NCBI RefSeq assembly: GCF_009914755.1
Contig: NC_060925.1
Reading direction: 5' to 3' (one strand)
Length of the DNA: 64,000 bases
Source: the human T2T-CHM13v2.0 reference genome, Homo sapiens
The position numbers were made by a program, and so were the translations under genes. Shown in pieces: positions 49,201 to 62,903 of the stretch. Positions within the stretch are counted from its first letter, which is position 1. Each line of letters begins with the position of its first letter. The notes under the pieces were generated by a model. The model was not told where the DNA came from. It saw only the letters and a program-made list of their open reading frames with translations, and ran no database searches.

Positions 49201-49589
49201 AGGAAGAATGTTGAGCTCCCTGCCAGATTTGTACATTCTCCTTCACTGATGGAGCAGCCCTGGGATCTGTCCTGGGGTGTGGGCACTCTGTTCTTCTAGA
49301 CTCTCCTCTGTTTCGGAGGGTGAGGGCTGGCTCCAGCTAGGGACAAGCCAGGAGGGGATGTTCCTCTGGCTGGCTGGATGTTCTGGCCTGAAGCAGCAAC
49401 GGCGACTCTGGCCAAGGATTGCAGCCCTTCACAGGAATGCCAGTTGCCAGATGCATGCGTGGTGGGGTGGCAGGACCCTTTGAAGCACCGTTGGAAATTC
49501 TGAAACACTTCAGATGCTGTGGCCTCAAGCTCCAGCTTGGGGAGGGTGGCAGACCAGGGCGCTTGCCAGTGAGAGAGGATAGCAGCTGT

Positions 49590-49903
49590 TATTTTTGTTT
49601 GTTCATTTGTTTTGTTTTTTTTTAGAGATGAGGGTCTCACTCTGTCACCCAGGCTGGAGTGCAGCCTTGGCTCACTGCAGCCTTGACATCTGGGCTCAAG
49701 CAACCCTTCCACCTTAGCCTCTTGAGTATCTGGGACTATAGGCATGCATCACCATGACTATGACTGGCAAATTTTTTTATTTTTGTAGAAATGGGGTCTT
49801 GGGATATTGCCCAGGCTGGTCTCAAACTCCTGGCTTCAGGTGATTCTCCTGCCTCAGCCTCCCAAAGTGCTGGGACTACAAATGTGAGCCACTGTGACTG
49901 GCC
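49590..49903 (-). mobile_element. AluJ-type SINE
   Basis: gggtctcactctgtcacccaggctggagtgcag...gcctcagcctcccaaagtgctggg...gagccactgtgactggcc with a T-rich tail. Confidence 0.95.
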
Positions 49904-50671
49904 TGCCTCTTGTTTCCAAGGTGAAAAAGGCCCTATATGGACGATGGCCGCTCTTCTGTGCCCAGCTATGAGCTCTGAAGGGCTGCCATTCTGACGCCAC
50001 CAAGTGAAGAACCATGATGGGGAAGGAGGTTGGTGTGGGTCTTGCCCTGAGGACTATGGAGATGATGAGTAAACTGGAAGGCAGCTGGATCTGCATCAGG
50101 GAAATTTCAACTGGTTTTCACCTCCTCCAGGAAGCTTTCTCTAACTTACCCTGCCTCCTTTCAGTGCCAGTCACTCAAACCTCTGTTAGACATGTGTGGA
50201 AACGCTGAATGTTGGGGGCTAAAGGGGACCTTGGACCTAGCTCTGTCTAAAGCCCCTCACTGTGCAGACAGAGGAGGAAAGACTCTGAGAAGGCCACATA
50301 GAAGATCTCAGAATCCCCTTTCTACCCTCACGTCTTTGGCGTAACTCTCACCTTGCTCTATTTTCTTTCTTTTCTGGCTTTTCCCTACCTAATCATCTTG
50401 CCGCCTCCCCTCCCTACAAATGCTCCTGCTTAGCACTAAACTCCCCCTCCTCTAGCTGTGATTGCATGGTTTACTCAGCAGTACCTGGGACTCTCTTTCC
50501 TTAGGTCTTTTCACCTGTCAATCTAGCCTCAGCTTCCAAAGGCAGATGTGATGTGGTTGGACCCCTCAGTCTCCCACCATGGGGGCAGAAGATGTAGGTT
50601 TTAGGCTGGGTTTTGCTGTGGGATAATGTAGAAGCAGGCAGCATTTCTGTTTATGGACCTCAGGGTTGGTG

Positions 50672-50700
50672 CATTCATTCATTCATTCATTCATTCATTC
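50672..50700. repeat. (CATT)n, expanded L2 tail
   Basis: Read directly. Confidence 0.9.
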
Positions 50701-53700
50701 AACAAGTGGGTAATACGCACCTTCTTAGTGCTCAGGGAGTGGACATCCTAGACTGGGAGCATGAGAGAGGCTGTGATAGCAAAATCCTGGAGGCCTATGG
50801 GAGCCCAGAAGGGAAATCAGGGAAGGCCCAGCAGAAGAATTCCCAGCAGAACAGAGGGCCCAAGTGACAGCTGGATGGATTTTTTAGGGATCAGGATGAC
50901 TTCCTGGTCATCAGGAAGAATGACCTAGACAATGTGACCACCATTTCACTTCAGTTCTAAGACTCTCTGACATCCCATCTGTACTTGGATTTACTGACCA
51001 GCCAAATGGAATAATAAATACCATCCTGTTTCCCTCCAAGAGGAATTGAGGATGTGGAAGGGCCATATAAGTTGATGGATATGGGAATTTTTTCAAGCAG
51101 GATGGTGTCCACTCTCTAGGGAGCAATTTCTAACGTTATGAATTTTAAAAGGTGTTAATGGTATTCTGTGTGTTGGTCTTATATCTCTCCCTTCTCTCAA
51201 GCCTGGGTGCTTACCTCTGATCTGCTTCTGTGTCCCAGCTTCACAGGTGTGTTTTGGATTATGGGGTCTGCGGCACTCTAGCTGGGGTAGAAACAGGCTG
51301 GCATGAGCCTGGGGGCTGCATGTGCCAAATGTGTGGGTGCCTGAGTAATGGAGCCAGCCTCTCTGTCTCTGGTGCTCACACTGCTTGCCTCTTAACTCTT
51401 CAAGTTCTGCCTTCTGCCTGGACTTCTGCTCCCTGTGGAGCAGGTGACAGCAGTCCTGCGAAGAGTGATTTCCATTCCTGGAAGGCTCTTAGCTCCATAC
51501 TCCTCCCAAGGAATCCAAGAGAGGCTGGAGCAAATAATGCTAGCATGTTAGAAGGCTCTGATTACAGCATGCTGGAATATTAGAGCTGTGCAACTTTAAA
51601 GCAACAGCATGTTAGGGTCAAGGATTTTGGAATGTCAGAAGTTAGAATTATACTCAGATTATAGCACGTGCTAGGGACGGAGTGTGTGATAACCACTGGT
51701 TCTCAGAGTTTGAAATGAATGGGCCCTAGAGGTTACCTGGTCCACCCCTGAGTCCGGCTCATGTCTCCAGCCCAGTTCCTCTAATTCCTACATTACTCAT
51801 TCTAGTCCAGGAAAAAAGAATGCTAGAAGATTTCTGGATGGCTGAACAAGTAAATATCCTGAGAAACCTGTTTCCCTGGAACTAAGGGTAAAATTGTAAT
51901 TTTCTTCTAGTGCATAAGACTGGACCCCACCCCCACAATTGGGCCTGGAGATACCTTGACTCAATGGAATGAACTTCATTCTGTGTGATTTGGTCCAGTA
52001 TGTCCTCACAGAACATCTCCTAGGTGTCAGCAATTCTGAGGCGTATGTGCCCTGTCCTGGAGTAGTTCACATGCAATGGGATGATCACTGAGCAGTGGGT
52101 GCTAGGATAAAATCAGCACACAGGCCTGGGTGACAACATCCACATTTACACCCCAGCTGCTTGGTGTTGCTGGAGAAAATCTTACACCCGTGACTTGGCA
52201 GGTTCATGGGCCCTCATTGCAGTCAGCATCCTCTATGTTCCTAGCATAGACAGAGCAGATTTGTAGCTGGCATGTGCCCTAATCTCGGTCCCCAGCAGAC
52301 ATCACAAATCAATAAGGGCCTCTTCTCTGCTGGGCTCTGATGCGACTTTATCATCTTATACCATAACGTTCCAGGCAGGTGCTACCAATCAATCATAATG
52401 GCCCATGGGAGGAAACATCTTTAACTTCTTGTCCTGGTCAGTTCTTGTGGCCAATTTCTCTTATGTCAAATAGTCTCACCTCTTCAAACCAAGAATCCTC
52501 CCTTCTCTCTCCTCTTCCTCTGTGGATGACTTCACCTTCTACTTCAGACAGTGGTGCTCTGATTAGAAGCCATCAGCTGAGAATTTGCTCCCTTTTTGGC
52601 TGCCAAATTACTTGCCTGCCAGCCTCCTCCCTCCTTCCCTTCAGTTACAGGTGAAGAGGTGTCTTCCTCCACCCAAGGCGTCCTCCTCAACCCTGCACCC
52701 AAGCTCTGGTCCCCACCTTGCTGCCTTCTTGGAACCTCAGGCTTATCATTTTTCCCCCCTCTCTCCTGTATCATCAGCCTCACTCATCCTAGAATATTCT
52801 CTTCCTCATATTTCAAGCATGCTCAATTCTTTCTCATCTTAAAAAAAAAAAAGGTAGGTGAGTGGGAAGAACAATGCAATTACCAGATTTTCATTTTGCC
52901 AAATGAGGACTTTGAGACTTTTATCTGCTTCCCACCATCATCTTTTTAATTTTCTTAAGTAAGGAATATTTTAACTTCAAACACAGTTGAAAGGAGATAA
53001 TTTCAGAATATAAACCTGTAAATTGAATAAATTTAGCTAACAAGGAATTCACCACCTTGTACTTATTTTTCTGTTAATTGTACCAGAGGAAACCCAAGGA
53101 CCTGCATCTACAAGCAACTGGACTAGAAAATCTTGGGGGGCTCTTGAGGCTCAGCCTGTCCAGCTACAGGAGCTCAGCAGACAGAAAATGGGCTTTTCCT
53201 CCCCTCTGGATGACACACCCCTCCATGGCCACAGCCTGGCTACTTCCAGAACATCTGGGCTTGCACACTGGCCACAGCCACCTCCTGGATAGGGAGGGCT
53301 TCCATCTGGGCCCCCCCAGCATCACCCAGGCCTGCTCAAGGTTGTCACACATTTGCACCCCACCTGCCCTGAACTGCAGGGTAACCTCTAGAAGAGGTCA
53401 CACAGTGCCAGGTTGCAGAAACATCACAGATGCTAAGAGTATTTCATGAGAGGCACCAGCTAAACAGGCACTCGTTTCCACAAAATCATCAACACTTTTG
53501 TATGCATACAGCAAGGGCACCACGTGCAAGGGAAATGGCCACACCTGGGACTCAAGAGGCCAGGCTTCCCATGGCAGGTCTGCCTCCATGGCCTTGAGGA
53601 AGCCGTTCATCTTCCCTGAGGCTTTGTTTTCATCTGCAAAATGAGTATCATTAAAATCCATCTCGTGGTGTTACGTAATCAGAGAGCCTGGAATGGTGGC

Positions 53701-56700
53701 TGGCACATAGTAAGGGCTTTTATGATAAGAACCCTTCCACCATGGAAGAGCATTTTAATACTGTGTTCTCAAATGAGTGTATCCAGAACAATCCCATGAG
53801 GCAGATGTATTGTCCCAGTTTTACAGATGAGGGACTGAGGCCCTTGGAGGTGAAATGGCTTTCCCAGCATCTCTTAGCTCACAGTGGCAGAGCCATACTT
53901 TACACCCAGGCCTCCTGACCCCAAAGCTCTTACCCTTTGCACTGAAGCCCCCTCAGAGCAGAAGAGAGGAGAAGCCAGACTGCAGTCAGCACTGGAAATC
54001 CCTGTCTGTCCTCGCAGGCTCTCAGGGCAGGATTCTGGAGCTGGGCTGGGTCGGGGTTGGGTCCTAACAAGCACTGGAGGGGCCAGGCAGGCGGAGGCTC
54101 AATCTCTCACCTTCACATGCTTGGCCCCATCCAGACTCCAGAACCACAGAGCTTTCAGGAACTTCAGCTGGACACTGAGGCTGGGCCTGTCGTGGAATGA
54201 CAGAAGAGCCCCCAGCAGGGGCTTGGCTCAGACACCTGGCAAGGCTGGGTTGGTGGGGGTCATATGTTTCTATTTCCAGAGATGTTTCTTAGAGATACCC
54301 ATGGACTCTAGGCTTGAGAGACATTTGCATGAGCAGACACATGCCTGGGGGATGGATAGCTGCATTCCTGGTAGTATAGACCCTTCCTACATCCCATAGC
54401 CTTGGGGGTCTTATGAGTTATTTGGGACCTGGCAGGCAATGGGCTGCGAGAGCCCACTGAGTCCCAGGGTCCCCACTGCCCGGCAGTCCGGGGACAGAAC
54501 TGCAGGGGCCCCCAGGTGGGTAGGTGAGGAGTGGAGCGGGTATGTCTTCAGGTCTCACTCCACCAAGAGAGTGCTTAGTCCCAGCTCTGCACGTAAGTCA
54601 GCCTGTCACCAGATGTGGGACTCAGAAATTACATGATCATAAGAATGTAACGAGGCCGGAGTGGACTTCCCTCACCACAGCTTTCATGCGGATGCGTTCC
54701 ATGTCAATAGGATGACTCTGTAACAGGCCCGCTGGGGTGGCTCAATGCCCTGCACACAAAAACAGAGCCCTTGGATCATAGATCCTGGGCCTAGGGTACG
54801 GTTCTGGCCTTGTCCTGGACTTTCTGGGGGCTTTGCTCATGTCCCTGCCCTCTGTGGACCTCAGTTGTCCCACAGCCAGGATGAGGTGGGCAGCTCAAGC
54901 TCAGAGGCTCTGTCCAGCTTGGAAATTCTTGGGTGGAAAGGAGATCTGCTGTGCAGAGTGGGCCATTTGTTCCAGGCATGGCTGAGCCAGGAGAAGTGGC
55001 AGCTGCCAGCAGGATCTGCACGTGGCTCCAGATCTGTTGTTTTTGGAGAGTGGATTCATGAGAGCGGAGGTGAGTCTCCCTTTGCCCTGACTTTACTGCT
55101 GGCCTATCCTTATAAATTCACCAGCCCAGAGGAGAACAGGATGGGAGACCCTGGTCAACGTTCATTTCTTCACTCATTCATTCTTTCATTCACTCAGCAA
55201 ACTTAAAGCCTATTACATGCTACCAAAGACACAGCGATGATTAAGTGGTGCCCCACCTCTGAGGCGAGCATGGGAGACAAAGCCAGCACCACTCACTGAC
55301 CACAATGTGGGGAGGAGTCCAGAGGCAGGGAGGAGGGGAGGAGGCTGGGACTGGGATAGTGCCAGTGGGCATGGACAGAATGGATGGGTGTGAGGTCTTT
55401 CTGGTGGCCTGTCAACAGGATTCACTGGGGACTGATTACATTTTGGAGATGGGAGAAGCTGGCGTTTGGCATGCCTGTGTGCTGGCCTGTTGCTGGAGTG
55501 GACATCAGTGCCCCTACAAACCTAGGGTTTCAGGAAAAGGAGGTTAGTGTCCACGGCTCCCCTCACTGCTGTGATTTTCATTGTTAGACTCTTCTGCTTT
55601 CTTGCTCACAGACAGAGCTGGTGGTAGCTACCCCCAGCCCTGGGAGACTCTGCTCCTGGGTCCTGGGGCAGGCAGGACTACTCAGGTGGGGTGTGTAGAA
55701 TGAAGGCCCCTTCACTGACTGCACTCTCTGGGGGCTCCCCTTAGGCCTGGGGAGGAGCCTGGGGGCTGGATGACTCAGGGTGGTTCCCCATTTGGAGTCT
55801 ACTGGGGGCTGTTCCAGAGCAGGATGCACTGCCCTGATGCCTATAGGAGGGAGGGCGGAAGAGGCAGCTGGATGGTGAGGGAGTGGGAGGGGACTCTTCC
55901 CTGCACAGTCCTCAAAGCTGTCCTGACTCACACCGAGCTCCCAGCAGGTGCCCTGCGGCTGGAGAGTGGCTTACCCTCTCCATGCTGCCAGTCAATGTCC
56001 TGCTCCTGCCCCTACACCCCTACAGGAATCCCTCCCTTCTCTAAAACCTATGGCTGAATAGCTCTGGAATCCTAGATGGCCCAAGTGAGTCCTGGCTCTT
56101 CCTGTTCAGATGGGTAAACTGAGGCTACAAGAGGGAAAGAGACTTGCCGGAGGCCACAACAGGCCACAGCAGAGATCCTGCATGAACCCAGAACTCTTTC
56201 TGCCCAACTGCTGTGCCTTAAAGGTGCTGTCCCAGGAGGACTGTATCTACTTCTGAGCCCCTCCCCTGTGTCTCTACTACGTGAGGGCTGCAAAGGAGGG
56301 GCGAGGCCCAGCAGATGTGCCTCTGGCTCTTGCCCTTAAGGATGAATGTTCAAACAGTGGACATATCCCATTACAAAATCAGGACATCCACAAGGGCCCT
56401 GGTGGGTTAGACTGACTGCTCGCCCTGGAGGGCGGCATGAGGGTGACAGGAGGGGAAGGGAACACAGTGGCACCAGGTGTGGTGAGCATGTCCAGGAGCC
56501 ATCTCATTAATTCTCACAATGCAGGAGGTGAGTTCTGGCAACCCAAATTGCAGGTAACATGAGCAAGAAATAAATGTCTGTTGCTGTCAGTTACTGAGCA
56601 AAAGCTGGTTAGTAACAAGAGGCAAACACAATATCCTGGTCCCAGTGTAAACATAGTGTTACTGGCAGGGACAGCCATATAGAAGGAAACAAAGAGTGAG

Positions 56701-57484
56701 GGAGGAGAGGAAAAATGAAAGGCAAAGGAACAGGGAGAGAAATGCTAAGTGAGCCCTGCACCTGAACATGTAGACTCCCCTTTGCATGAGGAGGCCAGGT
56801 CCCCCAGAAGCAAGCATCAAGTTCACTGTTCCATGTGTGATGATCACACTTATACTCAGTATCATCATCATCATGATGATCATTGCAGCTGCCTTTTTGA
56901 GTTCCTACTATGTGGCAGGTTATTTTTAAAATATTATCACTAATCTTTACAACTATTCTACAAAGTAGATATTTTCAGTTCATCAAATAGTTATTGCTAT
57001 CACTGCCCATTTATATAAGAAAGAATTGAGTCTTTGAGAAGGTACCAGCCAAGGTGATGTGGATGGGCTGGGATCTAGAGCCAGGACTGTGGGACGCCAG
57101 AGCCAGCCTCTCCCTCTGGGGCCACATGTGCTTCACAGCCTTGCTCCTGGCTCTGTGGGTGGGCCTGAGGCTGGGCTGGGCAGTGGGAGCTGGCTTTAGT
57201 CCTGGGCTCTCACATGGCTGCCTGGGGGCATGAAGGCACCACAGAAATTATCCTGGCCATGGCAGGGGTCATCACTCCCCTTTCCCGTGGGGACCGTTAT
57301 GGAAGAACCCTTGACCCGAATCAGGAGAACTGCCTTGGATCTCGGTGCTGCTGCTAAGCACTGTGTGGCTTTTCCTGCCCCATCCTGGGCCTCGACTTCT
57401 CCCTCGATGAAGTAGAGGTTAGGGGAGAGCCAAGCAAATCTCCCAGGATTCTGCAAACAATCCCTTCCCCACACTGGCCCAAAC

Positions 57485-57659
57485 CTGCTCCGAAGGCAAA
57501 GAAGCAGATCTTGTCCTCGTTCTCCCGTAGAAGCGCCATGACCCTCTTCCCCATGCGCTCATTCCTCTTGTAGATGAGCTCCTGGCGGAAGTAGCTGTCA
57601 ATCTCCTGGGCCGTCACCTGCTCGTGTGGCGGGAGGGTGGTGTTGATAAAGTTGGGCAG
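57485..57659 (-). CDS. TRABD2B: TRABD2B/TIKI2 internal coding exon (175 nt, probably exon 4); C-terminal part of the TIKI/TraB catalytic domain
   Basis: Acceptor ...tctgtcttgcctttgcag| and donor GCAG|gtttgg. Translates [58 protein letters not shown](G), recognised as TIKI2, including the TraB-family RNxxM motif and the start of GAGH. Upstream exons lie beyond the window. Confidence 0.97.
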
Positions 57660-57689
57660 CTGCAAAGGCAAGACAGAGGCTGCCTTCAG

Positions 57690-57969
57690 TTTTTTTTTTT
57701 TTTTTTTTTTTGATAAAGGGTGTTACTGTCACCCAGGTTGGAGTGCAGTGGCTCACTGCAGCCTCAACTCTCTAGCTCAAGCCATCCTCCTGCCTCAGCC
57801 TCCCAAATAGGTATGAACCACCATGACTAGCTAATTTTTAAATATTTTGTAGAGATTGAATCCCACTATGTTGCCCTGGCTGATCTCGAACTCCTCCTGG
57901 CTCAAGCAATCCTCCTGCCTTGGCTTCGCAAAGTGCTAGGATTATAGGCATGAGCCACTGCGCATGACC
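57690..57969 (-). mobile_element. AluJ-type SINE, sense to TRABD2B, ending ~30 nt upstream of the splice acceptor
   Basis: T22 at 57690-57711, then the Alu body to ccactgcgcatgacc. Degenerate TSD tgccttcagtttttt / tgctgtcagttcttt. Confidence 0.93.
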
Positions 57970-60900
57970 TGCTGTCAGTTCTTTATGGAGCAAGGTGGAC
58001 TTAGGATAAGTATGCACAGCCCCAGTGGGGCTGGGCAACTTCCTTTTATGAGGCCCCTACAGTGGGCTACATGTTTTGTACATGTTTCTCATCAATTCCA
58101 AAATCCTCTCAGATAAGCATTGTTATTCCAGTTTTACAGATGAAGCAAGCAAGAGTGGAAAAGATCCAGAGATGTGCTGGCAGTGCCAGGATAAGGCCTA
58201 GCTTCTGGGCTTCCACATGTGTTGCTCTGCCTTGTGTCTCTGCCCTGCTGAACCTCAGCAGATGCTGAGGTCTGGGGAGGCTGGCACTGTGCTCATCTTG
58301 TTAACTGCTCTCACTTCACCGCCGAGCCTGGTGCTGGCAAGTACAAGGAATTTAGTTCAGCAAGAGGATGTGCAGGGTCAGTTGAGCTGCCTGGTACAGC
58401 GGGAAGGCCACTGAGTACAAGAGTAGGCTCACCCCCTGTTCTGATGCTGCGTGGCACCGGGCAAGTTACTTAACTTTTCCGAGTCCCAGCTTTGTCACTT
58501 GTAAGATGAAACTGATGATATTGTGGGGATTCAATAAGAGGATGGGGGCTGTCATGGGCTACATTCAGCACATGCCACCCTACAGAGATGAGAGAAAGGA
58601 TCATCACTTTTGATTTTCCCAATGCCTGAGCCACCATCTGCTGCCACCACCAACTCCCCATCCCTGCACCACCACTTTCCAGGACATAATGCAAATGCCT
58701 CCATCCCTTTTTGAATACCTCAACCCCAGGACCATGGCTTCCCCCAAGTTGGCTTGCTCAACAACCTAGCTTGGAGCTGCCTAGGTGTTTTGCCATCACC
58801 CCACACTATACGCCCAGCCACATGGCCTGGGAACAGCATTAACAGGGTCTTGAACTAGGCAGAGAGCTTCCTGGGTTCAGGGACAGAGCTTTTGTCATTC
58901 CTGGCCCCCAACAGCCGGCACAAAGAAGGTACCCAGATTCCTTGAACCTTGAACTTAAAGTTGTGCTGTCCCTTTCTGACCACAGTTGCCCCACTGTGTT
59001 CTTCTATTCCCAACATTTTGTCTTTCCAACCTGGATAACAGGCCCAGGTGCTCCTGCACTGTCTCCTCCAATATGCACATGGGGCTGTTGAGGAAATTGA
59101 GGCAGGGAATCAGAATATACTCTCTCTTTCCTCACAACCTGTCAGTGTCATTCCAACCTCCAAGCTCCTGCTCACAGGATGGTTTCCACCTGGTGTCCCC
59201 TCTTCCACTTCTCTATCTTCACCTACCCAGGCCCAAAGCACAAGACACCAGACCTTGCAAACTGAAGGGTGAGGTGGATGGAGAGCCTGGCATGAAGAGG
59301 CTAATTTTCTACAGGATTAAGCCCCTAAATGGCCCTGCAGCCCAGCCACATGGCTTCTAGAGCCACTGCAGTGTTGTCAACACTCCTTCTGAGGAAAATG
59401 GAGTCAATGGAGGCTGAGCCCTAAGGGACTCTAAGGAGGCTAGGATATTTGCCTCTGCTATCTGCTGGCCAAGGCCTAGTGTGTTCCCCAGAGTGAGAGG
59501 AGAGGTAAAGGTACATGCACCATGGGGCTTCTCTGCCAGAAAGGCCTGACTCACCGCTCTGGGATGAACAAGACAATAATATGGCTGATGTCCCCTAACC
59601 TTGTGCAGTGCGCAACCTGGATAGCTATAGACAGCAGTGTTGCTAGTGCCCAATCAGAGTTGGCAATGGAATTCTTACTTCCCTACATACCCCCTTTGAA
59701 AGCGATAATTGGAAACCCTAACACAACAGGGCATGCTTGAACTTGATGCAGCTATGGGAACACTGACGGCTTCTGAACGGGGAGAAGCACAGAAAGCCCA
59801 TGACTCAGAGGAGTTATTTCTGGAAATGTGACCCTCACAGGTTCTACCGTTCTTTAGGTATGGAAAATAATGTGAAAACTATGTTGTACCACCAAATAAA
59901 TATTTGTCTAATCAGTGAATGAATGAGTGAGCTGAGGGGCCTTAGAAGTATGGGGCTATGAATGTAGGGCCTGAAGTCAGACAGCCAGGACAACTTGGGT
60001 TGGAATCCCTCTTTTGCAGCTTACTAGCTGAGTGGTCTCTCTAGAACCAGAAAGTGACTTGGCCTCTCTAAGACTAAGTTTCCAAATTGGTAACATGGGG
60101 GTAACACACATTATTGTAGGGATTAAACAAGATGTGTTTTGGAAAGTGCTTACTGAGCACTGTGCCTGGCACAAAGGAAGTCCTGAATCAATGTCAGCTA
60201 TTACACAACTGGCCTGGGGATGGAGCTGGCTTCATCACTTTTCCCAGTGAAGGGTGGCTTTGGGCACAGGGTAAGGATGAAGATGACAAATAAATGGCTC
60301 TGAACCATTGGAGAGTACCATGAAGGCAGCAGTCCACTTCCCCTCTCCTTCCAAGGGTCCCTGGAACCTGAACACGGGTCCAGCCCCTCCTCCTATGCTT
60401 CCTGACCACAAATGTGCATGTACACAAAGATGATTCTCCATTTGTTAATTGGGGAGTCAAAAAAAATTAACAAGGACAAGAACCCAAAAGTGAAAGTTTA
60501 AAGCCATGAAGGAAACTGGGCTAGCTCCCCAGGCTCCAGGGGCTGGCCAGCCGCTGGCCAGCATTCTCTGCATGTTTCATGCTGATGGGCCTTGGCTCCT
60601 TGCCAAGGATGAGTTCTGGGTTTGGGCCACGGCTGGGATGGAAGCAAATTAATGATGTCATTAGACTTGTTGGGGGCCTTAAATCTTCTATGACAAGTTT
60701 AAGTGCAGGATGCACAATGACATTTTAAAGAGGACATGTGAGGTCTCCAGGGATGGGGTGATGAGGTGATTGGTTGGACAGGGCTGGGGTGGGGCTGTGG
60801 GGGATGAGTTCAGTGTAGTCTTCCCTGACCCATGAACCATGTCAGGTCTAATAGTCAAATGCTCAGGTCTGCTGACACCACCTATCTAAACTCTGCACCC

Positions 60901-61120
60901 CTTCCCTGTAGCCCATCCATCCAACAGACACCCTGTGGGAAATTCCATGAGCCGGGCCCTGTGTTGGGCTAGGGGGCCTGAGAGCTTCCTCAGACTGGGT
61001 CTGCTCCTCTTGATGAGGGTCACAGACTGATGGGGGAGTCACATATGCGCACAAGAACACTGATGGATATGCGCTTTGAGAGGACAACGAGGAATGTGTG
61101 AGCCCAGAGGAGGCACCTAA

Positions 61121-61270
61121 TAGGGTAACTACGTGTCTTGGTTTGACCAGAACAGTCCAGGTCGATGGCTAGAGGAGATTGCTCCATGCCTGTTAATTAT
61201 CTTGATCCTCAATTGTATCTGACTCTCAAAATTATCTGGGTTTGGACAATAAATGCATGCAGCAACTCTA
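61121..61270 (+). mobile_element. MER94-like hAT-Blackjack MITE
   Basis: tagggtaactacgtgtcttggtttg...ctctcaaaattatctgggtttggacaataaat...gcaactcta, with degenerate TAGGGT...ACCCTA termini. Confidence 0.65.
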
Positions 61271-62903
61271 CACCTAAGGCAGTCTTGAGGCTCAGGCCAG
61301 GCTTCCAAGGGGAAGGCCTTTGGATCACCCTGCTGTTGCTAGGCACAGACAGTGCCAGTGGCCTGGGGGCTGCAGAGGCCAGGGATGCAGCCATTGCTGC
61401 AGGTGGGGACAGTGGAGCCAGGATGCAGGCCAAGGATGAGGTGCCCCTGGCCCCTTTCCCAGTGTTATCCACCCAGGCCTGCACCTGTCCTGCCCTGGCC
61501 TCCAGATGTTGCTTCCTCATCCTCCACATTATAGCCAGAGGCATCTTTCTGACCACATTGCTCTCCAGCTTGCGCTCTCCACCCCTCAGCATCCCCTCTT
61601 TACCCCCATCTAGGGGACCCTACTGCCAAGCCTGGTTCTCGTATCACTGTCTCCCTAAAGCCTTCAGGCAAAGGCACTGTGGCCCCACAGCCTCCGTATC
61701 CTCAGTGCCCTGCAGACTTTGAGGCCCCCAGCTACAGACACAGCCCCACCTCCAACAGATCCTCATGGGAACTGGATTCAGCCTTGCTACCCTGACACCA
61801 GGCTTTTCTGCACCTTGGGGTAGGGTTGCCTAGCCCCTCCTCAAGCGACTAGATTCTATCTGTGCATCCTTGGGGCAGCCTGGGTTGCTCTTCGAATCCA
61901 GGTGGCCCAATCCACCTACCTTCTGTCCCACTTCAAGTACGGGAACTGTTGGGAGACCTCTGAGGCAGTTCCACTTGCCAAAGGCAAATCAGTGGTCTGG
62001 ACCCAAGCTCAAAGAAAATCTGAGCTTGCCTTCTCCTGAGGTCACCTCATGCCTCCGTTTCTCAGCTTAGGGTCAGCCACAGTCTGGCCAGCACCCTGTC
62101 CTGCACACTCCCGCCCTCCTGGCCACATCATGGCCAGACCATCCTAAGTCATGACCAGGGTCTCCTTTGCCACAGAGCTCCCTGGCTGCTCAGGACTCAC
62201 GGGGGTCTCCCTCAGCAGATGAAGCAGGGTGGGCCTGGCCACAAAGGGGGTCACTCGTAGGTGAGATTCCTAGGAGCCTCGTGGTGTCAGGGTGCTTCTC
62301 TCCACCCTCACTTCTCTGCCACTGAGTCAGAGCTCTCGGAATCCTGAGTGTCCTGCAGCAAAGCCTCCAGTTCTTTTCTCTTTCATTCTCTATGCTGCTG
62401 CAAGGATGCCACATGCCTACATTTGCTCGGGTGACAGTCACTCACTGCCATGTGCTCTGTGCCAGGCCTAAGCTGGGCAACGGGGACCAAGATAGGCAGC
62501 ACACCATCACCCTCAGGAGCTCCTGGTCGTGTGGGGGCAAGTACTGATGGAACACCATGGCCCGGCCCGGTCTGTCTGCAGGCTATACTCTCAGCACCCC
62601 TCTCCGGCTCACTGGTGCATGGTTTCCTCTGCTGGAATATTATTCCTCCCCTTGTCTATGGCCAACTCAGGTTCTTCCATGCCCTCTCATCTTGCAAAAA
62701 TCTTTCCTTCTCTCCCCAGTCCCAGGCCCTACCCACAAGCCCATCTAAATCAGCCGTTCCTTCCACAGGCTCCAAATGCTTCCTCCACTCCATCCTCATA
62801 GCAAGGATCACACTTTGGTGCAATTCATTCTCGAATGTCCCCATCTTCCCTATGTGACTGTAAGCCCCTTTTCATAGCACTGTGTCTAGCATTTATAAAC
62901 TAT

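Noticed and set aside
56860-56883. Palindrome ATCATCATGATGAT and His-rich ORF 56749-56943
   Set aside because: By-product of a short (ATC)n/(GAT)n simple repeat next to a MIR.
49590-57969. Possible inverted Alu pair for A-to-I editing or circRNA
   Set aside because: Both intronic Alus, and the one at 10361, are in the same orientation, so no Alu duplex forms within this window.
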